The notes under the pieces: model-generated
What the model saw: only the letters and a program-made list of their open reading frames with translations
What the model was told of the DNA's origin: nothing
Database searches by the model: none
Shown: positions 52,128-64,000 of the stretch, piece after piece
How the letters are laid out: each line of letters starts with the position of its first letter
Position numbering within the stretch: position 1 is the stretch's first letter
Program-made: the position numbers and the translations under genes
NCBI GenBank assembly: GCA_013239625.1
Contig: MU053881.1
Location: 3,660,001-3,724,000 of the forward strand
DNA length: 64,000 nucleotides
DNA from: Lama guanicoe
Taxonomy: Eukaryota
Direction of reading: 5' to 3'

Positions 52128-55100
52128 GGGTGAAGGGGGGACATAGCCAGAGCAATCTCTTTTGGAAGAGGATAGGATGGGACTGGAGACTCGTCCTGTT
52201 GCCCAGCAAGCACGCTATTTTTACCAAGATGGCATGTTACAAGATGAATAAAAATAGCAAAGTGTTCGTTAAAAAAAAAAAAAAAGCTTTTACTCACACT
52301 TTCTCTAGGCTTGGGAAAATATTATTTGTTCAGATCAAGTAATATACGCATATGGTTTGAATTTGGAGTGGCTGTGGGACATGGATGCATACTATTGGTG
52401 ACCAAAATCCATCCCCCTTCCCCCCAAGAGGCATCCGGCTGCCTCTTCTAGTGAGTTCATGGCATTTAAGGTATAGGAGAGACCTGGATTTCAGATTGCT
52501 CAGAAATCCCATTTCCAAGGTCTAATTGAGCTGAGATCAGCTGAACTGAGCTGGAAGTGTGCCCCTGCCTCCTTTTTTTTTTAACCAATATTGCTCCTCC
52601 ACACAGCTCCTGCCTGACTTTGAGTGGGTCACCTCCACTCAGAATATGTACAACATGTCACGAAATTCTCTTCTACCGTAAGATTTTATAGTGTTCCCCT
52701 TCAATGTTACTCTACTCCTGATTCAAAATACTATGTCCTTTTGCTTCAGATGACAACTTCTTATTTGAAATCAATTCAGAAACCCAGTGGGCTCAAGGAC
52801 CATCTCTTTCACCCTAGTTTCTGTTCCTGTAAGTGACACAAACCCCAAATTCTTGATAAAACCGTGAATAGTCTATAATAGCAGTTTCAAGACCATGATC
52901 CTTGGAGTCCAGCAGTTCAAATCCCAGCTGTGAGACCACGGGCAAATTACATAAGCTCTTGGGGTCTCAGTTTCCTTATCCATAAAATGGGGATGACATA
53001 TGATTGCGCCGCTATTTGGATTAAAATGAAGTTAGGGATCCACTCCCTGGCACAGAGGAAGTTCATTTAATTCAGTTATTCTCCAAGGAGATGAAGAATG
53101 TATTCCTTTTCTTTTCAGCTTTAGTGTATTGGAATACTTCTGTTTGGAGAATTTCAGGAAAGTCCTGGGGCAGGATGGGCTTGAGGTTTGGGACCACTGG
53201 TGTGTGCTGAGATCCAGCAAAAAAAAGGTCTTAACTTGCTGCTTTAAATAAGAAAGAAGGCTACCACAGTAAAGATGTTAAAAAGAGAGAGAGAGAAAAA
53301 AAAGAAAGAAGGCTTAGTTCTCATGCTGTTGACACTGCAATTTTGAACCCTAGAGTCATCACACACTTGTTTTATTTATCTCACTGTAAAATGCACGTGA
53401 TTTTCTAGATGCAGACTTAGGCAGGGATTGTATGTAGAGGAAAATTTGGGTATCATTGCCCCTGAACGAGACATTTGAGTGGGGCTCAGCTTTCATCAGC
53501 CCCCAAGTCGGGAAATCTGCCTTCCCTCTAATTGCTTCCTTCCTTCTAAGACCTAATTTCCTTGGCATTCTCCTGCTAGGGAAAAATCGGTCTTACCTTC
53601 TCATCAAAGTGGGCTGCACCTTAGTGGTGTCTATATGGGGCAGAGAAGTCCCTAACCCTAGGAATAACTTAGATCTGCAAGTCCAGCCCCAAAGGCAAAG
53701 TCACCTCACACTGTTCTCTGTCACATTCACTGCACCCCTCTCCCCTCATCCCCGACACTGATGTGGCAGGCACCCCGCCCCCACCCCACACCCATTCAGG
53801 ATGACTTCACTGCCCAGTTGCTTTTTTGGAATTTTCAAGTCTGGGATCATATTCCGCACCCCCCTGGGATTTCTTACGTTGTCTTTTTGGCTCTTCTCTG
53901 TTCCCATTGCTAAACAAAGAGAAATCCAACCAGAAAGACTAGACGGGGTGAGTGGCTGATTTGATGGGAAGGAGGGAGAGAGGGACACTTTGCAGCCTTC
54001 TGACTTTCCCTAAATTGGCCAATTTCACATCCGTAAGTGCCTCATCCATCACCACCACCTTTCAGGTGATTTTCTGTGATGGAATTTCGGGAGGGGAGGC
54101 ACTTAGCATCTTCTACACAATTTCTTTACAAAGTCAGTTTTTCCATCATCAAGCATTCTCAGCGTTCAAATAAAAATAGGCAGAACTTTTGTTACTAAAA
54201 TAGCTCTTTTCATATCAGGCCCTGCAACCTAGAAACCGCTTTCAAGGATCTGTACACTTCCTTCAGCAAAAACAACAACAACAAAAACAAACAAAAATAA
54301 AACCTAACAAAACAAAACAAAAAAACCCAAACTAGACAGACTTCTAGCCCAGTGAGGACTTAACCTCCCCCATGCGGGAGAAAACTGAACAATTAACTAT
54401 CAAGCTTGGCTCTGCTTCCTTGCTGTTTGACCTTAGGGAAGTGACCTCACCTCTCTGAGCACTCTTTTTATTTTCTATGACATAGGGGTAATAACACCTC
54501 CATCTATTGCCTTGAGGGCCAGTTTGAATGAGCAGATGAGAGTATTTTGGACACTGTGATATATTTTATAACAAAATAAACGGAATTAAGAAAGGTTATG
54601 GCAGAAAAGGGACTCAGTGACTGACTTTAGATGACTCTTGCATCTTTCAGCTTTTTTAAAAATTAGAGCACAGTTGACTTACGATTTTATATTAGTTTCA
54701 GGTGTACAACAGGTCTTTTTCTTTAATTTAGAAGAGCTCCTAAGAAGAACTAATAATAATCAGTGCAAAATAAAATTCTAGGTGATTAAACATTGCGTCA
54801 TAGTTGACAATTTTTCTTTTAAAGCGGAATATAAAATGCGTGTTATAATTGATGGCATCTTTGTTTAGACGAGCTACATTATATATATTTAACACAACCA
54901 AATATATAATATTACATATAAATAGATGCCACATCCTGCTCTTCTCACTTACTGTTTCATGTCAATATTATTGTAAACTGACCTAAACCAACCTGGCGGT
55001 TTGGCCTCACAGAATAAGAAATCAGTGTCATCTTGCATCGTCCTTGTTCAGATGTATAATTTCTACCTCTCCACGAATGGGAAACCAGGTAAAGCTCAGA

Positions 55101-55879
55101 CACGGTGTGCGCTTCTTAAAGCGAAGGCTCTTGGTAGATGAGGGATGATGGTGTGATGGAAATCGCTGGGATGACATGGATTTCTGGGGTCTGAGCTCAC
55201 TAGCTGTGTGATTCAGACGGGCCGTGTCCCGTCTCTGGGAATTTTGCTGTCTGAGGTTGGTTTTCTGCTCTGTGAAAATGAGAGAAGCCACACTTTCTGA
55301 ATTTCAGGATTCCTCTGAAGGTCAACAGTGTCAAAGGGAGTAAAGGGTGACATGTGGGCAAAAGATGGGTCAGGACCTCAGTTTGAAGGCAACCTGCCCA
55401 CAGCTGACACCAGGCCTCAGGCCCCGTGGGTGTCCTCATCCGAAAAGTGGGGAGACGTCACAGAGTTGGTGGGAGGGATAAATAAGCTCCTGGAAGGAGT
55501 ACCTGGCTGATTCAGGTGCTGGTCCGCACACCTTCCTGCCGGGGCCCCAGGTGACTCTCCTGCCTCTGGGAGGCACTATTGCCCCGTGATTTTACCCATG
55601 GCCTGTGGAATCGCAGGGTGGCCAGGTCTCATCCCAAGAAGGCCAAGGCCTACCTTTGCCACCTCCCGCACGCTAATGAAGAACCCTGAATTCCCTTAAT
55701 TCAAATGGAGATGGTAACACCTCCAGACCCACGGCGGTGAGACTCCCAGGAGCTAATACGCGTAAATCGCTGAGCACCAGTGTCTGGCACTGGGCAAGCC
55801 CTCAATAAAAAGGGACTGTTATCATCTGCTTGGCTTGCTCCTCTGGGCGTCGAGGTGTAAGTTTAATGATGGGGGGTGG

Positions 55880-56420
55880 GGTCAGGGTGGGATGCGGGGC
55901 GCCTGGTAGGGGGAGATCTCCTGGGCCAGCGGAGCGGGCCGGGCCGGTGTCAGCGCGCATTTATTGATGGCAGGTATTTGGGGAGTAATTGAGCGCGGCG
56001 GCCGGCCCGGGGCGAGAGTGGGCCTCCACGAGCAATTAAATGTGATTAGGCCGAGACCTTCGGGATCCAGCTGGGTGATTGATAACCCGGCCGCATTCCT
56101 GCCGGCCCGCGACATCAAACGGGCGGCCGGCGGCGGGCGGGGCAGAGGGGCCGCGCGCGGGGACCCGGTCCTTCTCCGCTCGCCGCTGCCCTTCTCGCCC
56201 GAGACTCTCACGGTTCCAGGAGAAACCTGGCGACGTGGCCTCCTCCTGCTCAGGGGTCTCTCCCTTGCTCGCTGGCCAGGTGCAGCCGGGGAGGAAAGGA
56301 CACCGAAGGGATGTGGTGACCAGGTACCCCCTGCGCCCGAGAGCGCAGCGCCCTGAGAACCAAGGCCAGGCCGGCCGGCTGGTCCCGAATGGGCTCCCAC
56401 AATCGGGCTCGGCATCCCTG
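55880..56420. promoter_or_regulatory. CpG island 3' of MSX2
   Basis: Dense CpG with interspersed TAAT motifs. Confidence 0.8.
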
Positions 56421-56714
56421 GAACCGGGGAAGAAAGAATGAAAACAGAGAACGAGAAAGGCGGAAATAGGTGGGAATAAGAATACACAGAAAACGGGAAA
56501 ATATTGAGAGATGCAGTGGAGGGGCCCAATGACAGGAAAAGAAGACAAGAAAAGAGAAAAAGAGAAAGTTAAGAATGAGAGCATGGAAAGAAATTGTACA
56601 GACCGAAGATTTGTTTTGTTTTTTTTTAATTAAAGAGATAGAATGGGACAGAACCTAAAAAAGAATGAAAAGAGGAAAACAGTAAATTAAATAGAGACAC
56701 CCAAAAAAAAAAAA

Positions 56715-56986
56715 NNNNNNNNNNNNNNNNNNNNNNNNNNNNNNNNNNNNNNNNNNNNNNNNNNNNNNNNNNNNNNNNNNNNNNNNNNNNNNNNNNNNNN
56801 NNNNNNNNNNNNNNNNNNNNNNNNNNNNNNNNNNNNNNNNNNNNNNNNNNNNNNNNNNNNNNNNNNNNNNNNNNNNNNNNNNNNNNNNNNNNNNNNNNNN
56901 NNNNNNNNNNNNNNNNNNNNNNNNNNNNNNNNNNNNNNNNNNNNNNNNNNNNNNNNNNNNNNNNNNNNNNNNNNNNNNNNNNNNNN
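56715..56986. other. Assembly gap (272 N)
   Basis: Run of N between a poly(A) tract and a C-rich tract. Confidence 1.
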
Positions 56987-59019
56987 GGGGCAGTCCCCCT
57001 CCACCCCCTTCCACCCCCCCCCCGGCCCGAAGTGAGCAGTGGGCTCCCCACACCCCAAGTCAGACCCCACAAGCCATAAATCACAAATGGAAGTGCTGGG
57101 GGTGGGGGTTCAGGGCCGTTGCCTCAGGATCCCCGGAGTCTCCGAGCCAGGGAACAGTTTCTGTCTGTGCTGACTCCACAGACAGGATCAAAACAGCATG
57201 AAAGAAATCAGAGCGAGAAGGTCGGCAGGAGCTGGACTTCTAAAACCCCCTTCCGCCCCCATAGGCTTCAATATTAAAAAACCCCCCTAGGAGCTTCAGA
57301 CACTGTATTAATTAGTGCAACCACCCATGAAAAGTGGGGTTTGGAGCGGCATTCTTTGCCCTGTGTGAAAAACCAAGTCTAAAAAACAATTGTTAAGTTG
57401 GCCTGTTGCCGCTGGTAAATTACATAGCATTAAAAAAAAATAATGCTTTTCATATTAGGCACTAATTAAAGGTTGGGACAGCTTTAAAACAAAAGAGGGA
57501 GGGGGGAAATCAAAGAAAATATAAAAATGTTCTTTCAAGAGTTATGGGAGGTTAATAAAGTATGTCTGTTAGAGGGAGCCTACATTGCCCCTAGCTACAG
57601 TCAAACCGGAGCCACCACAATTGGGTCTCAATAAGATAATGATATTCCTTTCTCTGCTATTAAAAGCCTCCCAGTGCAAACTTAAAATGATTTATTTAAT
57701 TTAGGAAATTATGAGGTGTAACTTCAAAGCCCAGGCCGTTAGTAATGGAAAATACCAGGTTGTTTAAAATTATAATAATAATTGTTCGGAGGACTCCGGA
57801 CATCAAAGTGTTTTCATCAACAAATGCAGAGGGGTCCGGAGGAGGTTGGCAAGAGTCAGAGGAGGGTGGCTGGAGTTTGGATTTGATTATTATGAACCTT
57901 ATCAGGGCAGGATTCAGGATTCCTGCGGCCTGGTACTCTGTTCTGCCTTTGAAGCAGGCTATTTGGGAAAGTAATTTTACTGCTTTTTATATAGTTCCTA
58001 GCAGGGAGGAGGTGAGAGGGGTTGCTGGGGGTGGGAGAAGAATGGAGGGGTCCAGGAATCGACAGCAGGCTTTGCCTTCATTGCTCTCTCACCAATTTCA
58101 TTAAAGACGCCTACAGCATCATGGATCTGGATTTTTTTTTTTCTCTTAAACTTACATTGAAGGGGGAAACAGGCACAATCAACTGGGCCCTGTGATTTCG
58201 GGGAGGGGTGTGTGTCTGTGTGACGTGGGTTCTTTTATAAATGAGGTTTATGTTTATTCCAAACCCCGCAGTGGAGAGGGAGTGGGGGTGGGGAAGTGGC
58301 CTCTCCAACCCGTGGCAAATGAGCGGCTTTTATAGCAAAGAATGGCCGTGGGAGTTTTCATTCGGTCAGACAAGGTTCTGCTCAAAGGCAGGGATCCTCT
58401 TTTCAGTCGGGTCAGGCAGACGTTTTGCCAGGGCCTGCTCTCAGCCAGCCAGGCCTTCGCTGCCTACCTCCTGCCGGCTCTGCCCCGGGATCACCTCTCC
58501 AGGACTGCAAGGGGGAGGGTGGTCACACTGAGCCCCAGATCCCTTATGATCGAAAAACTGGGGTCCTGGGTGGGAAGCCCCTCACAACCGTGAGGGGTGG
58601 AGTAGAGGGTGCAAAGGGAGGCTCCAGAGCTATGCTGGGATCTGGGGGATCTGGAAAGTTCGCCAGGGCCCCGCATCCACAGCCTGGTGAGACAGCTCCT
58701 CCAAGGGCTCGCCATCGCCAGACCTCACGTCCACCACCAGGCACACTCATCAGCCTGAATTCTGCTGTTGGCCGCTGGCCGGCTCTGGGACCTCAGTGAG
58801 CCACCTCTCTGAGCCTCAGTTTCCTCAGCTGTAAAATGGCACCAGTAATACCTCCCCGTGGGGTGTGTGCCATGCCTGAGATGCGCCAGAAGGTGCCCAG
58901 CGCTGCACTTAGCAGGAGCCCAATAAAAGGGATTTCTTCTCTTTTCGTCCCCTCTTTCCTATAAGCAGAGTTGTCTTTCTAAAAAGTTTTAGATGAAAGC
59001 GTGGAGAAGTATGCGAGGG

Positions 59020-60130
59020 CGGGTGGAGTTGGGTGTCAGGGTCCCGGCAGCCCAGGCGAGGATGGCCAAAGCCGGCACCCTGGCATCTTCGCTTTTCATT
59101 CCCAAGACGCGGCTGCACGGGTCCTTGGTGAGTCAGGGTCCTTCTGCCGGCGCAGGTTGTTAGTCTGGTCTCTGAAACGGCCTAGCATACCAGGCCCGAC
59201 CCAAGCGGGGACCGTGGCGACCGCCAAACCCAATGCAGGGCAGGCGGTTCGGAGGAAGCCCCAGAGCAAGGCGCACGGACGGCCCCGCCGACCTCTGGTG
59301 GTGGTCTGGGCCCCGGCAACCCGGCCGCATCCTTCATCCAGGTAGCCCCATCCACCCAGCAGCGCTGAGGTGTATGTGTTGGAGCCTGAGCGACAGTTTT
59401 CGCCTCTCCAGGCCTCAGTTTTTCTTTTGGGATTTAGGGCGAGGGAGGTACTGCGCAGCCGCTAAGAAGGTTTCCAATCCGCCCGGCTGGCCACGCAGGA
59501 CGCAGTCCGGATTCTCCGAAAAGCACGCCGGTTCGCTGCCTCGTCCTCCTGGGGGCAAGCTGAGTCTTAACCCGGAGTCGGCGTCTCCGGATCCCCCACC
59601 CCGGACTGAGATCGCCCGAGGCTGCGGGGTCCGAGAGGCGCCGGGAAGGAAGCTCGGCGGACGGGCTAATTAGGGACCCAACTTGGCGGCTGACGTCGAA
59701 ACCGGGAAGAGCTTTGGCCTTTGGAAAAAGCATCCCATAAAAGAGGCTGGCTGGGGTGGCCCGGCGGGGTGGCAGAGGCGCACCATAGGGGAGGTTTGGG
59801 GCGCTCCCGCGGCTCACGCCGGCTCGGGAGTGCGCGGCAGAGCGGGAGGAAGGAAGTCGGTCTGTCCCCAGCCTCGGAGCAGAGTCCTGGGTTTGGATCA
59901 CGCTCCGCGCTGGAGCTGCGGGACCTCCGAGACTCGCTGCCCGCCCCTGGGAGGCTCTCCGCCCAACCGGGAAATGGAGTTGCCGGCGCCCACCTCTAAA
60001 CTGGGTGTCGGCACAAAGGAAACTGGGACGGAAGCGCTAGTTCTAGTAGGTGCCAGGTGCCAATCTTCCCACCGCGCACTGGCTGCAGCACGAAGTTCTC
60101 GAATCCCTTTCGACTCGTTCCCAGGATCAC
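59020..60130. promoter_or_regulatory. CpG island immediately downstream of the MSX2 poly(A) site
   Basis: High GC and CpG content, non-repetitive. Confidence 0.8.
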
Positions 60131-60914
60131 CGGAGCTTCTCAGCCGAAAACAGACCTCGGAAAGGTACCCTCCGTGGCCACTTGGTTTATTTGTGCAACA
60201 GAGAGCGGAATTTGAGATCCTCCCCCGCCTCTCCCACCCATTACCACTTCATTTTCATGGTGGTATCTTAAAACCCCAGCCTGGCCCCCGTCCTGTACCC
60301 AGCGGAAAGGGAGGCTGCAAAGCAAAGGCGACTCGAATGTTCTACCTGCCCCCTACAAATCGAAAAGAGCGTTTGTTCAAGGCTCATCTCCTTGGAAGGA
60401 GATAGGAATGGTAAACGGAATGTGATTTGACCCAGTCCTGAAAGGGCAGCAGGCGTCCCCCCTTCCCCCGCCCTTGTCAATGAGTCTGGCTACCATCTCC
60501 ATTTGCAGAGAGCTTATATAGGTTCCTTTCCCTCAGCTTTAAGTTTGTCGTTGTCTTGGTAGCGGAGAGATTTCAAGTTCAAGATTTTTCCCTCAATCAT
60601 GTCCAAACCCCTGAGATTCTGGCTGATCCCTTGGCCCTGCCACGTCTAAGCTCATCTTTCAGTTTCAAAAACTCCTAATAGCAATTTCCCACAAGTAACA
60701 CAAGCTGCCAGAGGAAGGATTTCAAAGTATTTTGCCATTTTCAATGGATTTCCCTACCTCAGTCTGAATCTAGCCACAACTCTTGATTGATTCACATTAC
60801 AATCATAATAAAAATCACCAGCCCCACCTCCCCAATCTGGGTGGCATTTTGGGGGCTAAATCCGGCCAAGGAACAGAGAGCGCCTCTTAAAAATAATTGT
60901 GACTTTGGACAGCC

Positions 60915-62190
60915 TTGACCACAATAAAACAAACGTTTAATTTAATTCAGAATAAGAGATAAGAAATAACTCTTCAATAAAATATATAAAATTATACAAG
61001 GCACCCTTTCAAAGGGATAAACGTATACTGGGGGGTGGTGGGGAGCGCTGGATAGAAAGACGAAATACCAGGGAGCTATGTGAGCTGCTTGACAACACCA
61101 TTTTTAGCAAGTCAAAACATGGCTTTACCCTCTGCCCCCAACATGTTAAAAAGTATATAAATTTTCCTAATAAGTTTAGCGCATACAATAGGTACACACA
61201 CACATAAAGCATTGTTTTTTTTTCTTTTGGGATCTATTCATTGTTCAAGAATATTTGGCATATAGGTAATGGTTACAAGATATTCATTTTTTTTTCAAGC
61301 AGAGAATTAACTACACCCCCCCAACCCAAAAATCACCTTTGCAATGTCTGAGGATTGACGTACCTAGTAGTTCACAGAAACCATCAATTCCTCCCCGACA
61401 TGCTTTAACTTTTCACTCTCCAATTATCTGAAATGGAGTTAAGCAACAGCCTTGAGAGGAATTAGGAAAGACTTCTATTTTCCACCTTACCCCCAGGCAC
61501 TTTCAAGATTCTTCTCATCCCCCTTTTATTGATCTTACAAAAACTTTTAACAATGTGTGACGATATGGAGAGGGAGGAAAAAAACAGGGCCAAATATGGT
61601 CGTATCTAAAGAGTTTTTTAATGCATGTAAAAAATGCAAAACCATGGCGAGTCCCTTGGAGGGCTCCCTACTGATGCACAGTGTCTGATTCTCAGGTTTG
61701 TTTTCCATAGGTAAAAGTTAGTCCTTCTATTCAAATCACCCAATTTCAGCAAAATTAGCCAATAAGTTGTCTCCCCCTAAAAGAAAAAACAGACTTAAGC
61801 AGTCTCTTTTTAGGAAGGTGATATAGAGAAAAAAAGGAAATCTATATGTATATAAATTTTGCTTTTCAAAATAATTTGATTTTTACATCTGCTGTATAAA
61901 AATGTATTATATTTTATTATATATAGACTTATATATAAAAACCATCAGAGCCAATCTCTGTGAAAGGAGAAGGGGGTGTCTGGAAGATGACACCAAGAAA
62001 ACGGGGCTTTGGTGTCTCCAGTCTAAAGAACCGATTCGCACTATGTCTGTGGCCCTGTCGACCTAGGCGTGGAGGGTGGTGCATACAAGGTTTGCAGAGC
62101 AGAGGGCTGGCGTGAGACTGTCTTCTTGGAGAGGGAGGGGGAAGGTGTTTAAACAAGCATCCATCACGGAGTCTATTGAGCTGGTCTTCC
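60915..62190 (-). other. MSX2: MSX2 3'UTR
   Basis: AT-rich, repeat-free sequence after the stop codon, ending at overlapping ATTAAA signals. The 3' end is approximate. Confidence 0.75.
60936..60946 (-). terminator. Distal polyadenylation signal (overlapping ATTAAA x2)
   Basis: Minus strand reads ...ctgaATTAAATTAAAcgtttgttttattgtgg. Confidence 0.65.

Positions 62191-64000
<1,810 letters not shown>

Noticed and set aside
55882..60405. Long ORFs (up to 240 aa) in the CpG islands and across the N gap
   Set aside because: Stop codons are scarce in GC-rich DNA or masked by Ns; the products are low-complexity P/R/G/A-rich sequences with no recognisable domain.

Overview
Mammalian genomic DNA, most likely camelid (alpaca/llama/camel), inferred from seven copies of a tRNA-derived Vic-1-like SINE. 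The only protein-coding feature I can support is the last exon (exon 2, homeobox) of MSX2 on the minus strand (62191-62615). Its ~1.27 kb 3'UTR and part of the intron are also present; exon 1 lies beyond the right edge. The remaining ~61 kb is the gene-poor region 3' of MSX2. It holds CpG islands, homeodomain/TCF-motif-rich candidate enhancers, a strong CTCF-like motif, a 272-N assembly gap and many interspersed repeats (L1, L2, MIR, MLT/ERV LTRs, hAT and Tigger DNA transposons, microsatellites). The most unusual stretch is 37.5-40.8 kb, where a ~170-bp, ~90%-identical inverted repeat pair that I cannot assign to a repeat family brackets ~2.9 kb. That interval contains a U6 snRNA fragment joined head-to-head to an L1 3' end, a SINE with an L1-type tail inside one target-site duplication (TSD), and a fold-back L1 micro-insertion. 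I see no evidence of a new protein-coding system. Repeat family names come from recalled consensus sequences and their boundaries are approximate.
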